Positions 1 through 12,820 of a DNA stretch of 64,000 nt are shown here, piece by piece. The translations under genes and the position numbers were made by a program. The stretch comes from Octopus vulgaris. Lineage: Eukaryota. The stretch's first letter is position 1. Every line of letters begins with the position of its first letter. The stretch lies in the NCBI GenBank assembly GCA_951406725.2, contig OX597830.1, positions 75,764,001 through 75,828,000 of the forward strand. Reading direction: 5' to 3'. Below the pieces are notes generated by a model, which worked only from the letters and a program-made list of their open reading frames with translations, searched no databases and was not told where the DNA came from.

Positions 1-2240
1 GTTTTTTATATATTAATATTTGGAAAGGCAATGCACTGTAAACTCATAGATAGCGGATATTTTGCAGGTATATAAGGTCTGTTAGAATAAGATTTGTCTA
101 TGTGTGAGCGTCTGCTAGCACTTTTGAGATTTTGGAAGAGATTAGTTCTAAGCATGAGCAGCAAGCTTCAACATAATTAATGACAAGTTTTTTTGCTTTG
201 ACGGCGGAAAATATTATCTTACTAGAAATTGAACTTCGTAGTTATACAAGGAATTGTATTCATGTTTGCAGGTGGATGAAATCCGATATTATTCCTCTAG
301 CTGCCCTTTCACTGGTCCTTGTATACTAGCCTCTCGCTAAAACTATTTCTGGTCAGAGCATCGTTTTTATAGTATGTGTCCTGTTAGAGAAATTCCTGTA
401 TGACGACATATCAGTGATTTCTCATTTATTACATTTGCAAGTCTTCCAGTTACTGCAGGAGTTTGATGGATATAAATTTATATATATATATGTATGGTGT
501 CCCTTTATACCCTTCTGTCTGCGTGGTGTATGTAGTCTTTAAGTTTTTGCTAGGAATAATATTTACACCGAAATCTTTGAATACACCAATAGATTCTTTT
601 CTATTATTGCTGGCGTAGTGATTTATAGAATGAGAGAATGATAAGCCGTTATCGGTGTACAATTTGTGGCTATGAGTTGTGGTGCATTCTGACCGTCTGA
701 AAAAATAACAGCATCACTACTCAGATAGATACAACTCCTTCCCATATTCACATGGAGTCATAAAAAAAGAGGACACTGCCTTTATTGACCCAATAGAAAA
801 CGCCATATTATAACAGCGAGTTCCTTGTGTAACCTATTCACTAATTATAGAAGCCTAAGGCTTTGCAGCTGAATGATTCCGATATAGTCGACAAGCTTTC
901 GATCAGAAGTCTGTAGGTATAACCACATGCGTATGACGTGAGTCTAAGAGATTAATTTGGTTCGTTTTCTAAAAATTCTTTATTGTACCGATTCTGAAAA
1001 GAAAATTGTTATTTCGATGCAAGGAAAGCACTACACAACGGCACATCTGCTGCGCTATTAATCAAAACTTGTGGAACTCCTAATTTTGAAGTTAACTGTG
1101 TCAAAAATACAGTTACTAAAAATACTTCATTCAACAATGCCGTTGCTAAAAATATTTGATTTCTAGGAGGTGATTAGCCTACATTTTAGCTTAGTGAGGA
1201 CATAGTCTTGAGGTCCTTAAAAGTTGTATAAAGTTTGTGCATAAAAAATCTGGGCTTGTAATCTATATTTTACTGGGATACGAGCTACTTGGCTTCTGTA
1301 TTTATTGCTGGCTTTGTGAATTTCTTTTTTTGTGAGAGTGTGTGTGTATGTATTGTGAAGTTTACATATATTTTTGATTAGTATGTATACATGTGAACGT
1401 TAGACGATTATTTGAACGCTTTACATACACATACACAAAAGCTCACTCACGCACACGCACGCATACACACACACACACACACACACAAACAAACAAACAC
1501 CCCACACACATATACACACTTAGACGGTGTATATACTGTGTGGATCCGTACGTATTTGTAGGGGAGGGCTGTTTGTGTCTAGCAAATTATTTTTTAATGA
1601 AATTTTCTCACCGTGTTTTGTGTGTGTGTATGTATGTGTATATCTGTGCATGTGTGTGCGTGTGTGTATCTACGTACATTTGAATGTGTGTTCAATGTAT
1701 CAAATGTTTCATTTTGTTTATTCTTTAAAGCGTTTTTCATGCTGTTATTAACTTTTATTTTAAAGTCATTTGTATATTTACTTTTGCATATATTATAATT
1801 TATTATTTTAATTTAGTAATTAATTAACTGGGGAGGATTGACAGGACTAAATACCAGTTTTTGGCGGAGAAATCATGACAAAAAAATAAATATATTTTAA
1901 TTAGGGAGTTCCGACCATGTTGAATTCAAATACCAACATTGACAAATTCTATATTTATTGCACTAGATTTGACAGATGACTACAAAACGAAATATAATTA
2001 GAGGCACTGGAGGCTATAGATTAGCGGGACGTAGGAAAAATTAATTGAAACGTCTTTTTTCCTAATCCCTTGACGTTTTCATTTTAAATACCGCCGAAGT
2101 TAACTAGGCTACTCATTCTTTCGTAGTCGATAAGTAAAGACTATACTAGTACATTACCTGGGTCGATATATTTGAATATAACTTTCGAGAAAAACTGTGG
2201 CCTTGAGCCTATATCACGGTCAATATTGTGGGTTTCATTA

Positions 2241-2331
2241 AGGTGGAGAGCTGGCAGAATCGTTAGCATCCCGGACAAAATGCTTAGCGGCATTTCGTCC
2301 GTCTTTATGTTCTGAATTCAAATTCCACCGA
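2241..2331 (+). mobile_element. tRNA-derived SINE family B, 5' part
   Basis: gagctggcagaatcgttagc...tctgaattcaaattcc head matches the copies at 35001, 59140 and 30056-30405; interrupted by a family A SINE. Confidence 0.8.
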
Positions 2332-2533
2332 TACTCTTTTACTTGTTGCAGTCATTTGACTGTGGTCATGCTGGAGCAGCGCCTTTAGTCGAGGAAATCG
2401 ACTCCAGGATTTATTTTTTGTAAGCCTAGTACTTATTCTATCGGTCAGTTTTGTCGAACCGCTGGATTACGGGGACGTAAACACACCAGCATCGGTTGTC
2501 AAGTGGTGTTGGGGAGCGGACAAATACAAACAC

Positions 2534-2547
<14 letters not shown>
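2332..2547 (-). mobile_element. SINE family A, 3' half
   Basis: Reverse complement of the 3' half of 3299-3678, including the gtaaaagag tail. Confidence 0.85.
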
Positions 2548-2622
<75 letters not shown>

Positions 2623-2626
<4 letters not shown>

Positions 2627-2756
2627 TGTCCCAAAAGTTCGTAGAAAGTCTTGGAAAATAATGGTCTTTATTTTGAGGAATAATTTTTGTTGTTTTTGTT
2701 AGTACTTGGCGAGTAAAAGTTCAATTTTCGCAAGTGTTTACGAACTTTTGGGACAA

Positions 2757-2759
<3 letters not shown>
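2623..2759. mobile_element. Tc1/mariner-type MITE in (TA)n
   Basis: Perfect 21-bp TIRs aggttgtcccaaaagttcgta / tacgaacttttgggacaacct, flanked by TA repeats. Confidence 0.85.
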
Positions 2760-2813
<54 letters not shown>

Positions 2814-2989
2814 CGTTTATATATTTGTTTTGCAAGATTTTTGATGTGAAATCGTGCATTGAAACATATATTGTTGTATTTAGGAATGGTCATTTTGCCA
2901 GTTTAGCCATTAAAAACACACACTATATATTTGGTGTTACTTTGCTTCAGCGTTATTCATTTTTTACATTAATCATAATCTTATTTCGG

Positions 2990-3029
2990 CCAAAGTTCTT
3001 TCGTCACACTCCTGTGACCGCATCAGTGG
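2990..3029 (-). ncRNA. Minimal hammerhead-like motif (core variant) within a probable Penelope-type terminal remnant (~2822-3290)
   Basis: Minus strand reads CCA-CUGAUGC-G-GUCACA(GGAG)UGUGAC-GAA-AGAACU-U-UGG; A9 is replaced by C. Confidence 0.5.
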
Positions 3030-3298
3030 TCCTTTGCTTTCTTCGTTCTTATTTGTATGTCTCGCCTTACTAACGGTCAGCCACTACTAAGTCCAATAAT
3101 TGTAAAACGGAAGTAAGAGGTCCAATAATCGGTTTGTTTTTTGTGTAAAAAATAATGTTTTAGAGAAGCAAAGAATCGGTGGGCGTTTTTTGTCTTCTCC
3201 CATTAATATCATTTTATTTCATCATTCATCCTATCAATGTTTCTGTCCAGCCCGAAAGCTACTCTGTATCTTGCCTTTATGGCAAAATGCTTTGAAAT

Positions 3299-3678
3299 AA
3301 AGTAGCTTGCTCACCAACTACATGGCTCCGGGTCCGGTCCAACTGCGTGGCACCTTAGGCAAGTGTCTTCTACTGTAGCCTTGTGAGTGGATTTGGTAGA
3401 CGGAAACTGAAAGAAGCCCATTGTATATATGTATATATGTGTGTATGTTTGTGTGTATATATGTTTGTGTGCCTGTGTTTTTCTCCCTCCCCACATCGCT
3501 TGACAACAGATGCTGGTGTGTGTACGTCTCCGTAACTTAACGTTTCGGCCAAAGAGACCGATAGAATTAGTACTAAGTTACAAAGAATAAATCCTGGGGT
3601 CGATTTGCTCGACTAAAGGCGGTGCTCCAGCACGGCCGCAGTCAAATGACTGAAACAAGTAAAAGAGTAAAAGAGTAA
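3299..3678 (+). mobile_element. SINE family A, near full length
   Basis: tRNA-like head remnant, internal (TA/TG) tract, 3' gtaaaagagtaaaagag tail; many copies in the window. Confidence 0.9.
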
Positions 3679-4566
3679 GCGTCAGTTAAAATGTAATAGG
3701 TATTTAGTTACGTCCCTTTAACCGTGATGTGAAACCGACAAAGCGGATTTGCTCTTCCATTATTATGGAGATTATATAATTAACACTACTTGCTGGTATG
3801 GCCTTATCACCTGAAAGACTCACTTTGTATGGTCTTATCACCTGGAAGACCTGTTCTGTTGTCACTATACTTTAACTCTACTCACTTAATCCTATTTGCA
3901 TTCCATTCTATTTTAGGCTCTTTTACTCTTTTAATCTTTTTATTGGTGTGTGTGCATGTGTGTGAATCTGTGTCTGTATGTGTGTGTGTTGTGTGTGTGT
4001 CAGTGTCTGTATCTGTGTGCGTTTTTTCTTTCTTTGCTTTGCGACAGAGACTAGAGATCAGAAAAGCTAACTCGCAAGCCAAATCTCCAAAGATTTCCTG
4101 AATAAGAGGTTTTAGGCTGGAATTATCGAAATATAAGATAAAATTACAAACTATCTACGTACCTATATTTATCTATATTAGATAATGCTTAATGAAAGCT
4201 ACACATATCAAATATATATATATGCACGCATGTCTGTGTTGTGCATATGTGTGTGTGTCTGTGTCTGTGTGTGTGTGTCTGTGTGTGTTAGTTGCAGTTG
4301 TTTATTGTAAGAAGACATAAGAACGACAAGGATTTTGTGTCTCAAGGTATAATTATACTGTAATTTGCACGCTATCCCAAAAACAAAAACTGTGGTTGAA
4401 GAACTTATATTTAAATAAGATTTGAAAGCTTTATACTCTGTAAATGCGTAGAAGTTGACGTTTGAAGCGTGTGTAAACCATGTGTAAACTATTGTTAGAA
4501 TTGCTTTATCCTTGTTGGTGTATGTTAGTGCGTCTGCGTGTTGATCCCGATGAAGTAAGCAATTGG

Positions 4567-4618
4567 CTTTACACAACATATTCGCGTGTCTATAGACACG
4601 CGAATATGTTGTGTAAAG
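4567..4618. repeat. Perfect 52-bp palindrome
   Basis: ctttacacaacatattcgcgtgtcta|tagacacgcgaatatgttgtgtaaag. Confidence 0.95.
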
Positions 4619-4847
4619 TTTAAAAAATACCAGTTATGTTTTCTGCATTCTTAGAATATGGCGTAAATTACTCGAATCCTCAGTCATGTGCTTTATCACA
4701 ACATTTCTTGAAATGATTGAACACATCATCACTGGTCATTTTAGACCCAGGAGGCACAATTCTGTTGACTTCCTGTTGAACATTTTTACATCAACTTATA
4801 TTTACGTCGAAGTGTTTTAGTTTTAAACGGCAATAGACGAAAACGAT

Positions 4848-4853
4848 ACATAC

Positions 4854-4929
<76 letters not shown>

Positions 4930-5034
4930 GTATGTATCGTATATATATATATATATATATGTATGTATATATATATATATATACATATATACATACATAC
5001 ATATATATATATACATATACATACATATATATAT

Positions 5035-5082
<48 letters not shown>

Positions 5083-5092
5083 GGGATGAGTG

Positions 5093-5140
<48 letters not shown>

Positions 5141-5356
5141 TATATGGAGAGAGAGAGAGAGAAAGCGAGAAAGAGAGAGATCAAATTTCGGCTGTTCAAG
5201 TGTACAGTTACAGAGATATTCTGCGACGCGTTGCTGCTTTCTCAGACACAGGAAGTTGATATATATGTACAATAGATAGATAGATAGATACATACATACA
5301 TACATACATACATGCATACATGCATACATACATACATACATACATACATACATACA

Positions 5357-5388
<32 letters not shown>

Positions 5389-5732
5389 CGACCTGAGACA
5401 GCAAGAGAGAGGTCAGACAGACAAATTACATTAGGTATATATAAACACGCACGTACACACACACATATATGTGTATGTGCACGTATATAAGTATGTATAC
5501 ATAATTACCTCTATGTGTGTTAATGTACGTATGTTTCAGTGAGTGTGTGTTTAAGAATGCATAAAGCCTGTTAAATGAAGTATAGGTCGATATTGATAAG
5601 TTTTATATGAGCAAAACATATGTCCGGTAACATATTTCGGAAATGCAACTATACGTAATTATATATGATCATATGCGTGTATGATGTATGCTTGGATGTA
5701 TTCCTGTATGTATGTACAATATTTTTGCATAT

Positions 5733-5778
<46 letters not shown>

Positions 5779-5889
5779 CCGCGCGCGACGTGCGTGTTTG
5801 TTTGTAGATATATATATATATATAATGTCAGCACGAATCTATATTCACCTATATTTTTACACATGTGTATGTACATATATATATATATA

Positions 5890-5980
<91 letters not shown>

Positions 5981-5995
5981 GTATATATATGTATG

Positions 5996-6055
<60 letters not shown>

Positions 6056-6290
6056 GTATATATACATGTATATATATATGTATATATACATGTATAAATA
6101 TATATATGTGAATATGTTTAGATATGTATGCGTACATATATACATATATTCATACACATATATACATATATATATATATGTATATATACATTCATATATA
6201 TATATATATATGCATACGCATATATATATGTATGTATATATATATATATATGTATGTATGTATGTAGGTATGTATGTATGTATTACATAT
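4848..6290. repeat. Compound microsatellite field (TA, TG, GA, CATA)
   Basis: Directly visible; source of the YIYI/VCVC ORFs. Similar fields at ~16.3-22.2, 40.5-43.9, 51.4-53.1, 56.3-58.5 and 63.4-63.9 kb. Confidence 0.95.
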
Positions 6291-6566
6291 ATTTCTGTGC
6301 TAATATGTGTGCATACACCCTGTATATATCTATATGTGTGTGTGTACGTATTTAGTATTGATGTTACTTAACTTATATACGTAGATATGCGAGTGTATAT
6401 ACGTGCGTTTATTCATCGACATATGTAATGTATACACACGTATAAATGCACACGTGTCTACGTTTTATTAATATTGTATGTTTGTGGGTGCGTGTGTTTG
6501 TTTCGGTTGGGGTATGTGCATCTGTATATATGTGTGCGTGAGTGTGTTGCTGCGTGTGTGTGTGTA

Positions 6567-6599
<33 letters not shown>

Positions 6600-6762
6600 T
6601 AAAGTAAAAATTTTCTTATGTCTCAACTTTCTTGTTCAAACTCCGTTTCAAAACTAGCTGCGACACAGTTTTGGTCCCCCCACCAAATTTCTTTCTCTCC
6701 TTCTTTCTCACCTTCACCTTCACCTCTCTCTGTCTCTCTCTGTCTCTGTCTCTCTCTCTTCA

Positions 6763-6801
<39 letters not shown>

Positions 6802-7404
6802 AGTGGAAATGGCACCGTGTTTTTGAAGGATTTACCATTCTGAAGCAATAAATATTTAATGCTTTGGCAGAAACCAAAGTTGACGCTTTCTCATAAATTT
6901 TCATTTTTCACACGACTTGTTCCTCTGAGCTTAGCTTTAGAATATACGCAAATTGACTCAGATGGGTAATAGAGCATATAATCATGTTTTATATGTAAGT
7001 TTGTTCGTGTAGCGCGATAAAAATTATAAAGCGAGACTTCTATAAATTGGCTGACAGCGACGCGGTTTCGATTCTCGCAGAATTTTTATTAGAATATATT
7101 GCATATACAGATGCACGTATGCGTGGGGGCATATGTACGTGAAACAGAAAAAGAGAGAGAAAACGAGAGGAAGGAGGAGAAAAGAGAGAGAGAAAGGAGA
7201 GTAGCTACAGTGTGAACATCCCGAAACAATCCTTCAATCTTCTATACTGGCTTACATAGCAGACTCAAAATGCCGCCTTCAGATGATGAGTGACGGAGGT
7301 GAGTAAGTATGGTTGCCTGAGCGTTCATGTTTTGTTGGTTATGTTTCAAGTTACGTATCTTTATATCTAAAAGTTTAACTTTAACATTTCGATATATATA
7401 TATC

Positions 7405-7500
7405 GGTGCGGAAGTGGCTGAGTGGTAAGAGTAGCTTGCTTACTAACCACATGGTCTGGGGTTCAGTCCCACTGCGTGGCACCTTGGCCAAGTGTCTTCT
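7405..7500 (+). mobile_element. SINE family A, 5' fragment
   Basis: A box tggctgagtgg and B box ggttcagtccc; abuts the truncated end of the Naiad element. Confidence 0.85.
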
Positions 7501-7509
7501 GGTTAATCT

Positions 7510-9600
7510 GCTAGTAACATTGCTGTTTGATGTTACATTGCTGTTATTACGGATATTAGGTCTAGGTATCATTATAGCCTCGTAGATGACACCTTCAGCC
7601 ACGTATCGGCCTCCTACTGGATAGTTATTATATACCCTGCAAGAGCAACCTGCCTCCTTCCTTGTATTGTTACTTGATAAAATGCATTTTTATGTTAGGT
7701 GCACAACTAAAGGAGACTCTTAGGTTCTGCCTTTTAAACAATTGCCTGTATCTATGTGCGTGTGTAAAATGTTTGTCAATGAATTTAAGGAAAATCTTTC
7801 CCACACAAGTCTTGACGTTGAGTGAGAAGGATGGAGCAAACCAAATGACATTTCTGCGGAGCTTCCTTTTCCGGTTGCTAGGGCCAGGCATGTAGGAGAT
7901 GCGGTCCTTAAACCCACTCATGCCAGTTCCACATTGTAGTAGGGGGTAGCAGCGTCTATGATATATTGGCTCGAGGATAGGTTCGAGATCTTCTTGCTTA
8001 CACCTTTCACTAGGTTCTTGAAAACTATAGGGGCTAGTAGAAAGCTGTGCTAATATAAGACTGTCTCTCGTTTGGCTTGTGATAGGTCCTGTATGTACCA
8101 GAGCCCAGATCTAAAGTAATATCTAGAAAATTTACTTTGGTGAGATTAGTCTCATTGGTGATCTTCAGACCCATTGCGCTAAGTCTATCGAACGTGTGGC
8201 CTTTGGCTCTTCTAGAGATGGATAGGGCGTCATCTCTGTAGAGATCGAAGAGGAACGAAGAAAACCTCTTCCCTAAGGAGTCTAGGATGTATAATCCGAT
8301 AAGATCACAGACGTTGGCGCTGTCATATGCTTCCGTAGCTACACCAAAGGAGCCCTTGTTCTTTGTGGAGAGTGGTTCTTCGACGGAGTGATATTCCTGT
8401 TTGGCCAATATAAATATTTAAGATCAAATCAAATTTCACCTGTACCTCGGAAAATTTAATCTATGTCATTACACCCCAGAACACCTCAGTGCAACAAAGA
8501 ACGAATAAAGAGGCATGCATGATAACTCTCACTATCACTAATATCTGCGAAGCCCTTAGCAAAGGAAAGTACCTTCAATAATAACTCTTTAGAAATAGAT
8601 GGATAAAAATTCGACATTTTCGAGCTGTGTAAATCTAGCCCTGCCTCTGTCCCGGTTGGCAATGAACCATGAGGTTAACTCATTGATACTGCACCATAAA
8701 GCGGCGACTCGTGTGTCTTCTAATTCCTCAGTATATACTTCCTCTGTATATACTCGCCGAACCAATCTCGGACTTAGCCAGTTTGAACAGGCGGCATTTG
8801 GGATTAGATGACAAATTCGGCTTGTGATCTTTCAGAGTTATAAAAGCATTTCGCTTGGCCAAGATCTTTACTCTATCTGCAACACCTTAACTAATTGCTA
8901 TTTGTTTAATCTCACAGTTAATGTTATTGTGTAGGGGAAAACACGCCTGTATTTTTGTGTGATTGAATCATTTAAAAGCCTATCGTAAACGTATGTATCT
9001 ATCATATATAAGCATTTAGACTTATCCGAGAAGATTAAGGACCTGTTAGAATTTCTTATTTTACGTATATCTTCACGGAGTTTACTTTGAAAAGGGGAAA
9101 AGGACTTACAGAATTTCAGCCTGAGTATTATGCCTAGTAGGTCCGCTTCGAAGGCCTCGAGTTCCTTTATTCTGGGTAGGAACTTCCTAGACTTGATATC
9201 GTGTGTATTAGCTTCAGAAGGTGACGTGCTTTGGTAATAGAAAAACACCTTCTATCACATACGCCTCATAAGGTCTATCATTTTATCCAGTAACATTTTC
9301 GTGCAGACCTCATTAGAAGTTGTGGGGAAATTATTTTGTAGAATATCCTAAATCGAAACGTTCCATGTTATCCTTGGAGTAGCAAGTGATATGTAGAAGC
9401 CCAGGGAACGGTACAGTAATCAAACGTAGACGATCCAGTGGACTTCGTAAGATACTCTGTAACCGGATCGCGTCCGGTTACAGAGTCCTCATTAATGTTT
9501 TTTCGTAGTCCTCGAGTTGTCAGCGTTTCCTCGCGTCTGCGACGTAAATATTTTAGAGTTTTGTATTCATATAGAGTCTGAGAAGCTTTAGCTTTGTGGG
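7510..9600 (-). mobile_element. Decayed Penelope-like retroelement, Naiad-type (RT plus start of GIY-YIG)
   Basis: Collinear fragments from an ATG at ~9366: DLGYSTK, FSDKSKCLY (ADKT-type motif), AYDSANVCDLIGLYIL, LYRDD, NFLDITLDL, RNVIWFAPSFS, CSCR...VIYEA; stops and frameshifts present. Confidence 0.85.
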
Positions 9601-9662
9601 TGCGACACCTTGGGCAACTGTATAACATTTTGCTGTAATATATATGTGTGTGGTGGGGTGTA

Positions 9663-9823
9663 TAGGCGCAAGTGTGGCTGCATGATAAGAAACTTGCTTC
9701 CCAACCACATGATTCCAGGTTCAGTTCCACTGCATGGAATTTTGGGCACGTATTTTCCTGTCTAGCCTCGGGCCGACCAAAGCCTTGCTAGTGGATTTGG
9801 TAGATGGAAACTGAACGAAGCCT

Positions 9824-9830
<7 letters not shown>
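9663..9830 (+). mobile_element. SINE family A, 5' half
   Basis: Head plus gtggatttggtagatggaaactgaa segment, ending in (TA)n. Confidence 0.85.
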
Positions 9831-9872
<42 letters not shown>

Positions 9873-10289
9873 GTATGTATGTTTGTATGCATGTATACAT
9901 GTATGTATATAGACATGTAGATATGAATGAAAACGCATGTGTGTCTGTGTATGCGTGTATGTTTGTGCATATGTGTGCATGTTTGCATATGCCTGTTTAT
10001 GTGTGCGCGGGTGCGATTTTCGTCCAAAGGTCTTTCTGTGTAGGTGTACAGATGCGCACGCTAGCATCAAGAGACACATGAACGCAAAACTATATGTGCA
10101 CCTCTACTCACCCACATATAGAAATATATATTTGTATGTTGTGGCATTATTTCAAGCCAGTCGTCATTTTTTGCGCAAACTGCAAGTGTATTTTTCTTGC
10201 GTACGCGTAGTATCGTTCGCAACAGCTGATGTATTTGCGCGTACAAATGCACGTTACCACAGCTTTGTCGATCGCATTCTCACCTGGAA

Positions 10290-10418
10290 TCGATTTTTGT
10301 AATTTTTTCAAGACTTATACATACTCTGATACCGTCGGTATCTACATATCAAATTTTAGCGCAATCGGATGGAGGATGCCCGAGATCCTAGAAGACACAC
10401 ACACACACAGACAGACAG
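10290..10418 (-). mobile_element. Probable non-autonomous Helitron 5' fragment
   Basis: Minus strand ctgtctgtctgtgtgtg...ccgattgcgctaaaatttgat resembles the 5' part of 23116-24219; cut by a SINE B fragment at 10420-10540. Confidence 0.4.
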
Positions 10419-10543
10419 TCCCGCCGAAATTGACTTCGCCTTTCATCCGTTCGCGATCAATAAATTAAGTATCAGTGAAACACTAGGGTGGATGTAATCG
10501 ACTTATCCCTCTTCAAAGCTGCCCTTGTGGCAAACATTTGAAA

Positions 10544-10681
<138 letters not shown>

Positions 10682-10695
10682 ATTATTATTATTAA

Positions 10696-10726
<31 letters not shown>

Positions 10727-10737
10727 TATTATTATTA

Positions 10738-10829
10738 TATGTTTGACTTTTGCTTTATATTTGTACAAGTTGGCTCCAAGTCTCACCCAGAGACCTCAAG
10801 AGACAACAGGGTTGGAAGTTCATGTTGTT
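10738..10829 (-). mobile_element. 92-bp 3' terminus of the R4/Dong element with its own (TAA)n tail
   Basis: Exact reverse complement of 12383-12474. Confidence 0.9.
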
Positions 10830-10846
10830 TAATAATAATAATAATA

Positions 10847-10995
10847 CTGATGCAGTACCAGGCAATGGCTCTCATTGCTTCTCATCTTAAATGATTGGAA
10901 GTGTTATCATGTACATGTATTGATATTAAAGAAGGACAGCAGCAGATATTCTGCTCGATACCACAGATTTGTTTGTCAGTTGTTTGACCTTAACC
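10847..10995 (+). mobile_element. Short fragment of the (TAA)n-associated non-autonomous element
   Basis: Near-identical inverted copy of 12621-12767; homologous to 13200-13376 and 36978-37075. Confidence 0.85.
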
Positions 10996-11079
<84 letters not shown>

Positions 11080-11082
11080 TAT

Positions 11083-11145
<63 letters not shown>

Positions 11146-11172
11146 TATAATAATAATAATAATAATAATAAT

Positions 11173-12474
11173 ATACAGAACGACTCTATCTGCCAAGAAA
11201 AGAGGGAGGCCGTGGTCTTTTGCAACTGGCAATAACAATGAAGATTGCTACAATTGGCCTAGACACCTACCTGAAAAACTCTGAGGACTGGATGCTAAAA
11301 CTTGTCTCAAAACATGAAAACAAGAAAGCATCATACTCAGTCACAAAACAGGCAAAGGAATATCTAAGTGAATTCCGAATACAACCAATTTCGGAGATAG
11401 ATATACAAGAAACAAGCACAGAAAAAGCTAGGCGCATGAAAACCCGTGTCAAAACTGCGGCCTTAGATATTCTGAATAATAAATGGCAAGAAAAACCTCT
11501 CTATGGCAAATACCCAAAGAGAGCGAATAATGCAGATATCGACAAAGCCCTGACCCATCAATGGCTAATGGCCTCTGGCTTAAAATCTGAAACAGAGGGG
11601 TTTATCATAGCAGCTCAAGATCAATGCCTACCAACAAGAAACTACCAGGCCAACATATTAAAGATCAGAAGCAGTCCAACGTGTCGTGTATGCAAGCAAC
11701 AAAATGAAACCATTGACCATGTGGTCTCCAAGTGCAGTCTTCTAGCGCCTACAGAGTATCTCAACAGGCACGATAGAGCTGCACAATATATTCACTGGGT
11801 AATCTGTAAAAACCTGGATTTGCCCCATGAAAAAAACTGGTGGGAACACAAACCACCCCCAGTGCTTGAAAATGACCACATCTCACTCCTCTGGAACTTC
11901 ACCATTCAAACTGACAGGAAGATAGATGCAAATAGGCCAGACATCATATTGAAAAACTTCAAACAAAGAACATGCCTCCTCATTGATATGACTGTCCCAA
12001 TCGATATAAACGTATCTGTCAAGACCTACCAAAAACTGAGCAAATATAAAGATCTTGAAATAGAAATCAGCAAAATGTGGAAGCTGAAGACTAAAACAAT
12101 ACCTGTTGTCATAGGTGCCCTGGGAATGATAGCAAAAGGGGCTGATAGCTACCTAACTCAGATACCAGGAAACCCAAAAATGGCAGAAGTTCAAAAGATA
12201 GTGCTCATGGGAACTGCTCATATCCTACGCAAAATACTCTCTATGTAATCTCAAGGTTTAAAACAAACATAATTTTCGGTTTAAAAAAAAAAAAAAAAAA
12301 AAAAAAACTTTTTTTTTTTCTTTTTAGACATTCATTAGTACAACATCCCCACCCCCCAAATATATGGCACACTAGGCATAACAACAACATGAACTTCCAA
12401 CCCTGTTGTCTCTTGAGGTCTCTGGGTGAGACTTGGAGCCAACTTGTACAAATATAAAGCAAAAGTCAAACATA
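11173..12474 (+). mobile_element. 5'-truncated R4/Dong-clade non-LTR retrotransposon in (TAA)n
   Basis: RLYLPRKEGGRGL, CCHC knuckle CRVC...H...C, RHD motif, PD..D restriction-like endonuclease (RPDIIL...IDMTVP), K..KY motif; 3' UTR ends in TAA repeats, the known Dong target. Confidence 0.9.
11175..12248 (+). CDS. C-terminal part of R4/Dong ORF (post-RT region, zinc knuckle, RLE endonuclease), uninterrupted
   Basis: 342-aa ORF of the track extends in frame upstream to the truncation junction; RT core absent. Confidence 0.85.
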   Translation, partial: TERLYLPRKEGGRGLLQLAITMKIATIGLDTYLKNSEDWMLKLVSKHENKKASYSVTKQAKEYLSEFRIQPISEIDIQETSTEKARRMKTRVKTAALDILNNKWQEKPLYGKYPKRANNADIDKALTHQWLMASGLKSETEGFIIAAQDQCLPTRNYQANILKIRSSPTCRVCKQQNETIDHVVSKCSLLAPTEYLNRHDRAAQYIHWVICKNLDLPHEKNWWEHKPPPVLENDHISLLWNFTIQTDRKIDANRPDIILKNFKQRTCLLIDMTVPIDINVSVKTYQKLSKYKDLEIEISKMWKLKTKTIPVVIGALGMIAKGADSYLTQIPGNPKMAEVQKIVLMGTAHILRKILSM

Positions 12475-12506
<32 letters not shown>

Positions 12507-12528
12507 GTAATAATAATTATTATTATTA

Positions 12529-12595
<67 letters not shown>

Positions 12596-12620
12596 CATCA
12601 TCATTATTATTATTATTATT

Positions 12621-12767
12621 GGTTAAGGTCAAACAACTGACAAGCAAATCTGTGGTATCGAGCAGAATATCTGCTGCTGTCCTTCTTTAATATCAATACA
12701 TGTACATGATAACACTTCCAATCATTTAAGATGAGAAGCAATGAGAGCCATTGCCTGGTACTGCATC
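12621..12767 (-). mobile_element. Short fragment of the (TAA)n-associated non-autonomous element
   Basis: Inverted twin of 10847-10995 with the same ttaacc end point. Confidence 0.85.

Positions 12768-12820
<53 letters not shown>

Noticed and set aside
1-1330. Possible Penelope RT relic (YDDI near 398; NSF..MES..TLPLLD near 735-790)
   Set aside because: Motif spacing is wrong and the similarity too weak to call without an HMM search
7600-9270. Selenocysteine recoding, reported for some Naiad elements
   Set aside because: The stop codons I examined fall at Arg/Trp positions consistent with decay, and the Cys motif positions are not TGA
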